Assembly: GCA_964519305.1 (NCBI GenBank)
Contig: CAZFHY010000005.1
Span: 32,001 to 96,000 of the forward strand
Origin: Candidatus Undinarchaeota archaeon
GTDB taxonomy: Archaea; SpSt-1190; JASMDC01
DNA length: 64,000 nt
Direction: 5' to 3'
The position numbers and the translations under genes were made by a program. Position 1 is the first letter of the stretch. Every line of letters starts with the position of its first letter. The notes below the pieces were generated by a model. It did no database searches. It was not told the origin of the DNA and saw only the letters and a program-made list of their open reading frames with translations. Positions 44,579 through 54,435 of the stretch are shown in pieces.

Positions 44579-45808
44579 ATGGTCGGATATGATCTTGAGA
44601 GCGATGGCTCCTCCGCTGCCGAGGCTGCGGACGGGTACGTCGTTAATGATGATTTGAACAAAGGTGATGTGAGCAAGGTCATGTTGCTCGGAGGGCTGTT
44701 CGCTGCCGGGTATGCGCTCACCGCGCTCCTGGACCGGGATCCCGAAGTGTCCGAACAAAAGGTGGAGGAGAAAGGCTTCGACTACTCCTCGCTCAAGGAG
44801 GATGGTTCCTGGGAAGAGCTCGACGTCGTCGTGGACAACAACGGTTACGCGGAGCTCACCGAGACCACCGGCTACCTCGCGGTCACCGAGGAGATGGAAG
44901 AGGTCGCTGCGCAGCTTGAGGAGGACACCGTGCTAGAGACCGTCGTGGCCGATGCCGAGTACGTCAAGGAGCATATCGGTATGAACGGCTACTATGTGGG
45001 CATCTACAATGTCAACGTCCCCGAGACGGCCGCCGAGACCTTCCAGGACGGTACCGGGGTGTGCGCCGAGCATGCGAACCTCTTCACAGCAATCGCCCGA
45101 GAGCAGGGCATACCTGCCGTCATCCGTACCGGCATATCCCGCGGTGTGGGGCATGCCTGGGCCGAGGTCCCCGTCCAGACCGAAGAGGGTGTGCAGTACC
45201 TGATCGTGGACCCGACCAACAACTACATCGGACCCTATTCGGAGAACTACATCCATTCCTTCGATGCCGGGCACCCGTTCAGTCAGCTCAGTGACGCTCT
45301 GGCAATCACGGGCAACATCAAGGATTACGACTCCATGGGCAAGCTCCTCCTTTACGATCACGAGAATATGCCTGACATAGCTGAGGCCTTGAAGGACCCT
45401 GGCGCCCATATGGACGAGATCCGCGAGGCCATCGCTCAGGCCCGGATCGAGGTTGCCCCCGAGGACGCTGAGAGCTTAGAGCTACTCGGTGAGTACGGCC
45501 AGTACGTCCGCAATGGTGTACAGTTCGGTGGGCTGGGACTTGTGTCCTACGGTGTGAGCTCATTCACCCACAAGCGCAAGATGTCCATCGGCGGAGCGCT
45601 AAAGGCCGTGGCCATCGGCATCGCCGGCGGTACCGTGGCGACCGCGTCCTCGCTCATCTTCGGGCTGGGCCAGTACATGGGCATTGCTGGTAACATCGGC
45701 GCCATATACGGCGGGTCCAACACCGAGAAGACCAAGGCGGAGCTGGCGGCCGAGCAGTCGGCAAGCTGCCTTGCCAGCGAGGAGCACCTCTTCCGCGAAG
45801 AGGAGTGA
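44579..45808 (+). CDS. Membrane-anchored transglutaminase-like (Cys-His-Asp) protein
   Basis: 'GVCAEHA', 'GHAWAEV' and 'VDPT' triad; N-terminal TM and C-terminal Gly-rich TMs. Confidence 0.8.
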   Translation: MVGYDLESDGSSAAEAADGYVVNDDLNKGDVSKVMLLGGLFAAGYALTALLDRDPEVSEQKVEEKGFDYSSLKEDGSWEELDVVVDNNGYAELTETTGYLAVTEEMEEVAAQLEEDTVLETVVADAEYVKEHIGMNGYYVGIYNVNVPETAAETFQDGTGVCAEHANLFTAIAREQGIPAVIRTGISRGVGHAWAEVPVQTEEGVQYLIVDPTNNYIGPYSENYIHSFDAGHPFSQLSDALAITGNIKDYDSMGKLLLYDHENMPDIAEALKDPGAHMDEIREAIAQARIEVAPEDAESLELLGEYGQYVRNGVQFGGLGLVSYGVSSFTHKRKMSIGGALKAVAIGIAGGTVATASSLIFGLGQYMGIAGNIGAIYGGSNTEKTKAELAAEQSASCLASEEHLFREEE

Positions 45809-47059
45809 TCAGCGGCCCTCTGTCACGTACCGGGCGGCCCGGGCAACGGCGGCCATCTCTGGCTCGCCCAGCGGCGGGTGCACGGGCAGATGGACCAGCT
45901 CCCGGGCCAGTACCTCGGCCGTCGGGCACCTTCCTGAGGCGCCACCGAACATCGGAAGGGACCCACATGCCATCATAGGGGTCGCCCGCGTATCCACGCC
46001 ATGCCGGAGCATCCGCTTCATGAAACCGGCGCGGTCCTTAACACGGCTGCAGTACCCATGGTAGGCGTGCTCTGCGTTCCGGGGCGCACCCGGGAGAGTG
46101 AGCGCCGGTATGTCGGCGAGCTCGCGGTCGAGCGCGTGGGCGTTCGCCCGGCGCCGGGATAGCTCATCGTCGAGGTGGTCAAGCCCACTAAGGCCCTTGA
46201 TGGCCTGGACATTGGTTAGACTACCCCGGGAACCGGGGGGCAGGGTCTTTAGCAGAAGCTCCTCCTCGGCAAAAGGATCGGTGGCCGCAGAGCCTGAGAG
46301 CGATGCAAAAGCAGAGGAAAGGGCCAGTGCGGGGAAAACGGACAGACTGAAAAGGGGTTGACGGGTAAGAGCCCAGACGGCGGTGTCCTTGATCACCGCC
46401 TTTGTGATCCGTGTCCTCGAAGGTCGCTGTTCTTTTGCCAACACCTCGCGGACGGCGTGGGCGATAGCACCGTCGTCCGTGGTGATGATGCCCCCCCCGA
46501 AGGCCATGGGGGTCTTGCCGGTCGCCATCGAGAATACTGAAGCCATCCCCTGGGTACCGACCTTGCGGCCCTTGTACCGTGCACCAGTGGCATGGGCACT
46601 GTCCTCGATCATCACTAGACCATGGTCCTCGGCCAGGTCACCCAGCGCCGCCATGTCGCACGGGCATCCATAGAGATGAGTTGGGACGATCGCTCTCGTC
46701 CTCGGTGTGACCGCGTCAGCCACTGCAGTGGGATCTAGCGTGTAGGTCTCCGGCGACACGTCCGCGAACCGCACGGCAGCAGACCACATAGCTACGTTTG
46801 GCATGACAGGGATGGTGAGGGCCGGTAATATCACCTCGTCCTTTCGTGATAGCCCCAATGCCTCCATCAGCAACTGAAAAGCGTACCGACCCGATGCCAC
46901 TGCAATGGCGTGCTCTACGTGAAGGTACTGGGCGAAGGCCTCCTCGAAGCGCGCCACCTCTTCGCCTTCCATAAAGGAGGAGAATGGGATCGAGGTCACC
47001 GCCCGTAACGCCTCGGCAAGGGTCATGCTCACACCCTGACGAGGGATTGGAAGGACCAT
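45809..47059 (-). CDS. DegT/DnrJ/EryC1/StrS family aminotransferase
   Basis: 'FEEAFA', 'HLYGCPCDM', 'IEDSAHA.G' and 'FSMATGK...GGG'. Confidence 0.88.
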   Translation of the reverse strand: MVLPIPRQGVSMTLAEALRAVTSIPFSSFMEGEEVARFEEAFAQYLHVEHAIAVASGRYAFQLLMEALGLSRKDEVILPALTIPVMPNVAMWSAAVRFADVSPETYTLDPTAVADAVTPRTRAIVPTHLYGCPCDMAALGDLAEDHGLVMIEDSAHATGARYKGRKVGTQGMASVFSMATGKTPMAFGGGIITTDDGAIAHAVREVLAKEQRPSRTRITKAVIKDTAVWALTRQPLFSLSVFPALALSSAFASLSGSAATDPFAEEELLLKTLPPGSRGSLTNVQAIKGLSGLDHLDDELSRRRANAHALDRELADIPALTLPGAPRNAEHAYHGYCSRVKDRAGFMKRMLRHGVDTRATPMMACGSLPMFGGASGRCPTAEVLARELVHLPVHPPLGEPEMAAVARAARYVTEGR

Positions 47060-47118
47060 CTGCTCGATGGCGCGCTACCAAACTTTTAATCCGTTTGGGC
47101 GATCGAGCGGGACCCGGT

Positions 47119-48072
47119 TCAGGATGCGCTGATTATCCTGTACGTTGCCGTGCCGTTCAGTATCCGCACTATCGCCGCTTGGCCAGGTGTGTCCGAGCCA
47201 TCAAGTAGGGTCCAGGGATGGCCGGGTGCCGCGTTGAGCAGGAGCTGAGCTACCGGCGTGTCCGGTGGTACTTCTTCTCCCCCCGGCGTTTCTGCACGTC
47301 CACCAGCCTCATGGATATGGCCGAACACGTGGAGGGTGAACCCGCCCTGTTCGAACACCTCATTGAGACGCTGATCGCCGACATGGGCCCCGTCGGTGAT
47401 CTGGTCAATCCCGCCCTCCCGCACTGACCGGGGTGGGCCGTGTGTGAGAAGGAGACGTGGTACTGGAAGGTCCTTGGCCCGACGCACCGCTGATCCGTAT
47501 TCCTCGTCACCTATAAGGCGACCAGTGGCCGGGATGAAGCGCTGGTCGTGATAACCGCCCAGTGCCACGATGGAAACATCATCCAGCCGGGCCACAGGTA
47601 CACGGACCATGTCCACTAGGTTCGGATTGGCTTTCATCATGCGGGTCAGGACCGCATCGTATACCTGCATCTGCTCGTGGTTCCCGGGGATGGTCAGCAC
47701 GAGCATGCTGGTCGTCAGGAACGGTGTGAGCACCCGTTCCATCTCCGCATCGTCCGGCCCCGGATCTCGGTAATGATCACAGATATCGCCGCACACAAGC
47801 ACGATGTCAACACCAGCGTCCTTGAACCGGGCTGCCAGGGCCGCTGCGGCGGTCCCGTTCCCGTGCAGATCGCAAGCCACACCGACGACTGCGAGGCCAT
47901 CATCGTCGCGGTCATCCTGGACGAGGGTTCCCTGGACGAACCTGTAAGGATGTCCTCCGATAGTGAATTTCCCGTCCTTGGGCGGCGTACTCTCCTCGGG
48001 GCCCGAGGAGAAGCAACCGCAGAGGAACAGGCTCAGGACAATTATCGCCAAATAGCGGTCTGGTGGGGACAT
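47119..48072 (-). CDS. Lipoprotein metallophosphoesterase (calcineurin-like)
   Basis: Lipobox LFLCG/C; DLHG, CGD, PGNHE, THGPP and GHIHE motifs. Confidence 0.85.
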   Translation of the reverse strand: MSPPDRYLAIIVLSLFLCGCFSSGPEESTPPKDGKFTIGGHPYRFVQGTLVQDDRDDDGLAVVGVACDLHGNGTAAAALAARFKDAGVDIVLVCGDICDHYRDPGPDDAEMERVLTPFLTTSMLVLTIPGNHEQMQVYDAVLTRMMKANPNLVDMVRVPVARLDDVSIVALGGYHDQRFIPATGRLIGDEEYGSAVRRAKDLPVPRLLLTHGPPRSVREGGIDQITDGAHVGDQRLNEVFEQGGFTLHVFGHIHEAGGRAETPGGEEVPPDTPVAQLLLNAAPGHPWTLLDGSDTPGQAAIVRILNGTATYRIISAS

Positions 48073-48092
48073 GGTCTCCCCCCGAGGTCCTC

Positions 48093-48656
48093 TCAGGACG
48101 TCTCGCTTGGCTGGAGCATCCGCCCGGCCCGGACCATGAAGGCCGTGTTCGTGGACTTGACGTACTCGTACTCGTGCACCGTGTCAAGGAACTCGGCGAA
48201 GTCCAACATGGACCCGCAGTCGATGGATGCCAGAAGGTCATGTTCCCCGGTGACCACGTACGCCCGCGCGACCTGTGGAACTTTCTTGAGCCGTGATGCG
48301 AGGGGTTTGGTCATTCCTGTCCGGACGTTGATAGAAACGGTGGCGATGAGATGGGATTTGAGCATCTGCTTCTGGTCGTCATCCGAGGGTTCGATGAACT
48401 TAAAGGTCGACGGCTCCTTCACGACCTCCTTCACAACAGAGGACCGGGAGCGGGTGACCCACGGGAAGTTCGTTAGGCGGTCGAGCACCTTGGTGAGCTG
48501 CCAGATGCTCTGGCACCGCACCTCGACCAGGTAGTCGTACGGTCCGGTGACAGCGAGCACCGCGGCGCAGTGCTCCTGCTCCTTGAGGAGGTCCACGGTC
48601 TCGCGGAGGGAATTGTAGTTCCCCATTAGCTCCACGAACGCGACGACCTCTCCCAT
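48093..48656 (-). CDS. Tandem Lrp/AsnC ligand-binding (RAM) domain protein without HTH
   Basis: Two copies of the 'VTG.(Y/H)D.L' motif. Confidence 0.8.
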   Translation of the reverse strand: MGEVVAFVELMGNYNSLRETVDLLKEQEHCAAVLAVTGPYDYLVEVRCQSIWQLTKVLDRLTNFPWVTRSRSSVVKEVVKEPSTFKFIEPSDDDQKQMLKSHLIATVSINVRTGMTKPLASRLKKVPQVARAYVVTGEHDLLASIDCGSMLDFAEFLDTVHEYEYVKSTNTAFMVRAGRMLQPSETS

Positions 48657-48972
48657 AGCTGCCTTTGCTCAATCGACAGCCATGATTAATAAGGGTATCG
48701 CACAAGGGGTCCAAACCCCATGTTCCCCCGGATTGGACCCGTGTTCGGGGGCGTTTTTACGATATCTTTTTAAAGGGGAAACAAAACTCACATCCCCGGG
48801 GTACGGAATGCACGTTGACGTAATCCTATCAGAGGAGCTTCGTGAGGGTATGGACCTCGCTCAGCTCCCCGAGGTCCACGGACCAGCAAACGAGCCCGAT
48901 TATGGGGAGTTCGCCTCCCTGTTCTAGGGCCGCTGACACAATCCCTCAGGCGCCAGCGAACGATTTTTAACG

Positions 48973-49986
48973 TTGAACGCTGTCTTGGATAATGTGGACA
49001 CCATTCGCTGGGCTGAAGGATTGGTCGAACTGGTCGACCAGCGACGGCTCCCCTTCGAACGTTGCACACTCAAATGCACGACCGTCGAGGAGCTCGCTCT
49101 CGCTATAGAGTGTATGGCCGTGCGCGGGGCACCGGCCATCGGTGTCGCGGCCGCATTCGGTATGGCCTTGGCTGCTCGCGAGGACGATTCCCGCAAGGCC
49201 CTTGCTAGCGCACGAGAACGCCTACTGCGGACTCGCCCCACGGCGGTCAACATTGCCTGGGGTCTACAGCGAGTAGAGAACGCGGTCCACGATGTGCCCG
49301 AGAATGAGATCGCTGCGGTGGCACTGGCGGAAGCGCAACGGATCCTTGAGGAGGATATCGCCCGCAATCGCGCCCTGGGACGTCATGGTGCCGCCCTGCT
49401 CGATGACGGTGATACGGTGCTCACCCACTGCAATGCCGGGGCACTGGCCACCGGGGGGTACGGTACGGCCCTGGGGGTCATCCGGGCTGCGGTCGAGGCA
49501 GGGAAGCGTATCGACGTGGTCGCTGACGAGACCCGTCCCAGGCTCCAGGGTGCGCGGCTCACCATGTTCGAGCTGATGGAGGAGGGGATCCCAGCGAGGC
49601 TCCTTCCGGACGGAGCTTCCGGCCTTCTCATGCGTCGCGGGATGGTCCAGAAGGTGGTAGTGGGCGCTGACCGGATCGCTGCCAACGGCGACGTAGCAAA
49701 CAAGGTCGGGACCTACATGGCCGCCCTTGCCGCCCATGACAACGGTATCCCCTTCTACGTGGCAGCCCCCACATCGACAATCGATCCGGACACGCCTTCC
49801 GCTGAGGACATCATCATCGAGGAACGTGATGAGGAAGAGGTGCTCAAGGTGCTGGGCACGCCCATTGCACCACCCGGCGCTCGCGCCTACAACTTCGCCT
49901 TCGATGTAACACCCGCACGATTGATCACGGCCATCATCACCGAGCGGGGTGTGTATCCTCCAAGCGAAATCCTCAGATCGCTTTAA
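48973..49986 (+). CDS. mtnA: S-methyl-5-thioribose-1-phosphate isomerase
   Basis: 'DQRRLP', 'VRGAPAIG', 'RPTAVN', 'THCNAGALAT..YGTALG' and 'NKVGT'; start may be GTG 48994. Confidence 0.92.
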   Translation: MNAVLDNVDTIRWAEGLVELVDQRRLPFERCTLKCTTVEELALAIECMAVRGAPAIGVAAAFGMALAAREDDSRKALASARERLLRTRPTAVNIAWGLQRVENAVHDVPENEIAAVALAEAQRILEEDIARNRALGRHGAALLDDGDTVLTHCNAGALATGGYGTALGVIRAAVEAGKRIDVVADETRPRLQGARLTMFELMEEGIPARLLPDGASGLLMRRGMVQKVVVGADRIAANGDVANKVGTYMAALAAHDNGIPFYVAAPTSTIDPDTPSAEDIIIEERDEEEVLKVLGTPIAPPGARAYNFAFDVTPARLITAIITERGVYPPSEILRSL

Positions 49987-50051
49987 TAATGAAAGTGCGG
50001 ACCGGCCCACGAGGGTCGAAGATAAAAATGAATCGACCGTGAAACATTGAC

Positions 50052-50864
50052 ATGGTCGACAAGCTGCTCGCTGAGATGAACCGTCTGGCAGACGCTGGAG
50101 AGGTGTTCGCAGTGGCCACCATCACAGCATCAGAGGGCTCCAGCCCCCGTCACATCGGCAGCAAGATGATCGTGCGCGCTGACGGTTCCATCGTCGGGAG
50201 CGTCGGCGGTGGTGCGGTAGAAAAGTTCATCCATAGCAAAACCAAGCGGCTGATGAAGCACCGTGTCACGGAAACGATCGATGTCGACCTCTCGAAGCTG
50301 GGAATGATATGTGGCGGGAAGGTTACGGTGTTCATCGAGACCCATGGCCCGGTAATCAGACTCGTCATCTGCGGCGGCGGCCACATCGGCATTGCCCTCG
50401 CAGACATGGGTGACAAGATGGGGATCCCCATTTGGGTGGCGGATGACCGGCCCGAGTTCTGCAACGAGGAGCGGTTCCCCCAGGCCGAGCGGCTCTTCTG
50501 CGGCCCGTACCCAGAGACAATTCCGACCATACCCCTTGATCCCATGTGCGCTGTCGTGATCGTCACGCACGGTCATGTCCACGACTACACCTGTCTCAGG
50601 ACCGCTGTAGAGTCCGATGCAAGGTACATAGGTATGATCGGGAGCAGGAACAAGGTCGGAGCTGCGCTCAAGCGCCTGCGCAGCGATGGTGTTTCCGAGG
50701 AGGCAATCGCGAATGTGCGTGCTCCTGTCGGTCTTGACGTTGGTGCTGAGTCGCCCTACGAGATCACGGTCGCGATCCTTGCCGAAATGCTGAACGTCTT
50801 CAGAGGCGGTACCGGTCGTCCGATGCGTGATACCGTTCCCGAAGAAGGGATGAAAAAGAAGTAA
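50052..50864 (+). CDS. xdhC: XdhC/CoxI family molybdoenzyme accessory protein
   Basis: 'GSSPR..GSKM', 'GSVGGG', 'CGG', 'YIGMIGSR.K' and 'PVGLD.GAE.P.EI'. Confidence 0.9.
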   Translation: MVDKLLAEMNRLADAGEVFAVATITASEGSSPRHIGSKMIVRADGSIVGSVGGGAVEKFIHSKTKRLMKHRVTETIDVDLSKLGMICGGKVTVFIETHGPVIRLVICGGGHIGIALADMGDKMGIPIWVADDRPEFCNEERFPQAERLFCGPYPETIPTIPLDPMCAVVIVTHGHVHDYTCLRTAVESDARYIGMIGSRNKVGAALKRLRSDGVSEEAIANVRAPVGLDVGAESPYEITVAILAEMLNVFRGGTGRPMRDTVPEEGMKKK

Positions 50865-50970
50865 CGATACAAACTGTATTAATCTCCGGATTGTCGAGAC
50901 CCTATCGATTCGAATCCTGCACCATAGGCGCAACTCTTTTATCCTTTGATTCAGCGCCAGTAACAATAGT

Positions 50971-52689
50971 ATGGGGTTGGAATCCTCCTTAGACCAAGGA
51001 GTTGTACTCGGACTGGTGGACAGTCAGAACGACTGCGGTGCCTGTATCGTGAAGGATGGAACCCTTCTAGCGGCCGTCAATGAAGAGCGTCTTACAAAAA
51101 GGAAACTGAAGGGAGGATTCCCGCGACTGTCCCTTCATGAAGTGCTCGAAATATCGGACCTCGATTACGCCGATGTGGATGTCATCGCACTTGGGGGCAT
51201 CATGACACCCCCCCCATACGCACGTCTTATCCGCGTGCTCCAGTCCATGGAGAACGGGGTTCGTGCATCCTATTCAGGGGGGTTACTTCCTTTCCTTTCC
51301 GATCTCGTCCAGGACCGCTTTGGGCTTAACATCATCGATCCTAGATCAAGGAGCGGACGTATCCTCTCCAAGGCAGTCCCCGCCCTATTACGAAAGGACC
51401 TCCCACGACCGATCAGGGACCGGCCAATTATCCCTGTCGACCACCACGTGGCCCATATCGCGGGGGCCTATTTCCTGTCGGGACAGGATCATGTCTTGGG
51501 CATCACTGCCGACGGTCTGGGGGACGGTTACTCGCTGACAGTGAACCGTTGTGAGGACGGTCATATCGAGCGGCTCGATACTATGGACGGGATGGACTCA
51601 TTCGGACAGTTCTATTCCGCCGTAACCCAATGGCTGGGCTTCCTCCCCCACCGCCATGAAGGCAAGACCTTGGGCCTTGCAGCTCATGGCGACTGGACGG
51701 TTGTCGACGTACCATTCCCCTTCACGGAATCGGGTACCTATATGGGCCGATGGGGATGGGCCGGGATACCTGACCTCGAGCGTAAGTTCGAAGGATATCG
51801 TCGCGAGGACGTCGCCGCCTGGGTACAGCACCACATCGAAGAACGGATGACCGAACTCGTGGTCGATTGGATTGAGCACACGGGCCTGTCACATCTCGCA
51901 CTGTCCGGCGGAGTGTTCGCAAACGTCCGGCTCAACCAGCGGCTCTGGGAGATCGAGGACGTTGACTCCATATACGTGCTCCCTCACATGGGCGATGGGG
52001 GACTTGCCGTGGGTGCAGCCCTCGCGTGTGCTCGTCCCCTGCCGGAGCGTCTGGACAATCTCTTCTTAGGTAAGGAGTACAGTGAGAAGGAGTTGCGGTC
52101 AGCTCTCGAACGGGAAAAAACCACGTACCATCGTCCCCCGGACCTGGAACGGGAGATGGTTCGACTTCTCGCTGATGGAAAGGTGGTCGGGCGGTTCCGT
52201 GGGCGGGCTGAATGGGGTCCTCGGTCGCTCGGGAACCGTAGTATCCTGGTACAGGCCACTGACGTAGCTGTGCTCGATTGGTTAAACGACCGTCTCAATC
52301 GATCAGAGTTCATGCCGTTCGCGCCGCTAGTGCTCGAGGAACGTGTAGAACAGTGCTTCGGTGATATCACTGGCGCCGAGCTCCCGGCGACCACTATGAC
52401 CATCACCCTGAACTGCACACCTTGGATGCGGAAGCACTGTCCCGGTGTCGTGCACGTTGATGGGACTGCGAGGCCCCAGATCGTCTCCGCGAAGACCGCA
52501 CCCCGGCTCCACCGATTGCTAAGGCTCTACGAGGAGGAGACGGATCTCCCCGCCCTGATCAACACGAGCTTCAACCTTCATGAGACCCCCATGGTGTACG
52601 GCCCTGCAGATGCGGTGCGCACCTTCAAGGAGGGGGCCGTCGATTACTTGGCCATTGGGCCCTACCTGACTACGTCTTCAACAGAGTAG
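50971..52689 (+). CDS. Carbamoyltransferase, NodU/CmcH family
   Basis: 'NEERL', 'DHHVAH', 'DGLGD', 'EGK..GLA', 'GPRSLGNRS', 'HVDGTARPQ' and 'NTSFN'. Confidence 0.92.
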   Translation: MGLESSLDQGVVLGLVDSQNDCGACIVKDGTLLAAVNEERLTKRKLKGGFPRLSLHEVLEISDLDYADVDVIALGGIMTPPPYARLIRVLQSMENGVRASYSGGLLPFLSDLVQDRFGLNIIDPRSRSGRILSKAVPALLRKDLPRPIRDRPIIPVDHHVAHIAGAYFLSGQDHVLGITADGLGDGYSLTVNRCEDGHIERLDTMDGMDSFGQFYSAVTQWLGFLPHRHEGKTLGLAAHGDWTVVDVPFPFTESGTYMGRWGWAGIPDLERKFEGYRREDVAAWVQHHIEERMTELVVDWIEHTGLSHLALSGGVFANVRLNQRLWEIEDVDSIYVLPHMGDGGLAVGAALACARPLPERLDNLFLGKEYSEKELRSALEREKTTYHRPPDLEREMVRLLADGKVVGRFRGRAEWGPRSLGNRSILVQATDVAVLDWLNDRLNRSEFMPFAPLVLEERVEQCFGDITGAELPATTMTITLNCTPWMRKHCPGVVHVDGTARPQIVSAKTAPRLHRLLRLYEEETDLPALINTSFNLHETPMVYGPADAVRTFKEGAVDYLAIGPYLTTSSTE

Positions 52690-52726
52690 ACAGTAATTCA
52701 AACGCGATTCATAGTGAGCACCCCCG

Positions 52727-54298
52727 TCATAAGGACGGGATCAGATGACTTGATGCGAGAGGCGCATAGAATGTCATGTTCGCTCCAGGAACTCCGATCG
52801 CTTCCATCTCGACAAGGGAGTAGCCCTGTTCTTGGAGGACGATCATCACGTGCTCCATGTCGGGCTCAAGAGCCCCGCTCACATTACGACCCAGTCGCAC
52901 ACATTCGCCCGAACTGATAATCTCTCGGACAAGAGAGGGATTGTCCAGTATAGCACTTGCGGGGATAGCCTTGGCAACTCTGAATGCCATGTACAGAGCG
53001 GGTTCCTCAGAGATCATGTAGCAGTCGTCATCGAACGGCCAGCGGTTGGCCAGCCTTGTAGCTAGTGCATTCCAAGACGATGAATCGGGCGCCTCCTCGC
53101 CCCGAGCAAGGGTGTCCAGCGGGCTATACGCGAAAAGGAGGCAAATCATCAAGATTACTAGTTCATGGACACCGATTCGCTCCTTGAGCTGCCGAGCACC
53201 GAGTCCTGCTAAAAGGAACAGAGGTACAAAGGTAATGATGAATAGACGGTCCTGACCCTCGGAGAGCCATGCGTTGTAGAACAGGAAGAATACGAGGAAC
53301 CAGGCCCCAAGAGCGAGCACATGACCGCGCTCGTTCCGATCCGCTAACAGGAGGGCTGCCAGAACGAGTAGCTCGGCGGCGAGAGTTAGATAGAACCCTA
53401 TGGCAACTTTGAACATATATTGAATCGATTGGTTCCACAGAAGGTCGCTCGTGTACACTACGTTCTTGGGGTGGCCTGCCTGCAGGCCCACGGTAGCGGG
53501 ATAGACAATGGCTGCAATTGCCAAGGGAAGGAGTGCGAACCGCCAGTGGCGCCACGGTGGCCATACTCCTTCTGCGTAAAAGAGCAGTATCAAGGGAACG
53601 ACGAGCAGGGGGTACTCTACCCTAGCGAGGAGGCTGATGCCGAAGGCCAGGGCGCATGCAGCCAAGAGCCACGGCTCGTTTGAGCGCGCATAGAGTATAG
53701 CGAGGTACACTGTAAGGAGGACAAGGACCAGAGCGAAAACATTGTTGGCGGCGGTGGCGCTCCAAATCAGGTTGACAGGATTCACGGCCAGAAATCCAGC
53801 GGCTAGGAATCCTGCCCAGTCCCCGAATAGCAGACGTCCAACTAGGAACATGAGAACGACGGCTACCATCCCACAGAGGATTGAGAGCCAGATGGCCGTC
53901 CCGCTCCCCACACCGACAAGAGAGAAGGCAAATGCGACCGCCGTTGGCCAGGCGGGCATGTCCGTCAGGGGACGGCAGGTCATTTCGTCCGGACCCACGT
54001 ACCAGCAGTCCACTAATCCCGTTCCCAGGGTGAGGTTCCGTGCCCATGCCATGAACCAGTACTCGTCAATCACTTCACGATGGAAGTGGCCGACATGTAA
54101 GGTGACAAGGAACAAGAAAAGACCGAGCGTACAGAGTAGTGCAATCCGGGTCTGTCGTGAGCTCGAGTGCAAATCGTCGACAATATAGCGTCGGCACCGC
54201 ATAAGGGCGAGTACGAGGAGCGAGCCCAGCAACAGGCATACTGTTGGTGCCCCATGAGCGAGGAAAGCCTCTGTCGATAGTACCGAGGGTGCGGCCAT
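52727..54298 (-). CDS. GT-C fold glycosyltransferase (family 39 / ArnT-PMT-like)
   Basis: Multi-TM; 'DEYWF' motif after the first TMs; 'RVE' motif. Confidence 0.75.
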   Translation of the reverse strand: MAAPSVLSTEAFLAHGAPTVCLLLGSLLVLALMRCRRYIVDDLHSSSRQTRIALLCTLGLFLFLVTLHVGHFHREVIDEYWFMAWARNLTLGTGLVDCWYVGPDEMTCRPLTDMPAWPTAVAFAFSLVGVGSGTAIWLSILCGMVAVVLMFLVGRLLFGDWAGFLAAGFLAVNPVNLIWSATAANNVFALVLVLLTVYLAILYARSNEPWLLAACALAFGISLLARVEYPLLVVPLILLFYAEGVWPPWRHWRFALLPLAIAAIVYPATVGLQAGHPKNVVYTSDLLWNQSIQYMFKVAIGFYLTLAAELLVLAALLLADRNERGHVLALGAWFLVFFLFYNAWLSEGQDRLFIITFVPLFLLAGLGARQLKERIGVHELVILMICLLFAYSPLDTLARGEEAPDSSSWNALATRLANRWPFDDDCYMISEEPALYMAFRVAKAIPASAILDNPSLVREIISSGECVRLGRNVSGALEPDMEHVMIVLQEQGYSLVEMEAIGVPGANMTFYAPLASSHLIPSL

Positions 54299-54435
54299 AT
54301 CATGTCCTCCCTGAATGCCCGGAACCGGTCATGCAATCTCTCCCCCGGACGGTCCTTTCAACTGCAGGAGCCGTCCCGTACTGCATCAGCAGAGGAGCGT
54401 AATACATATATCCCTTGACGGGACGGGGCGCGCCT

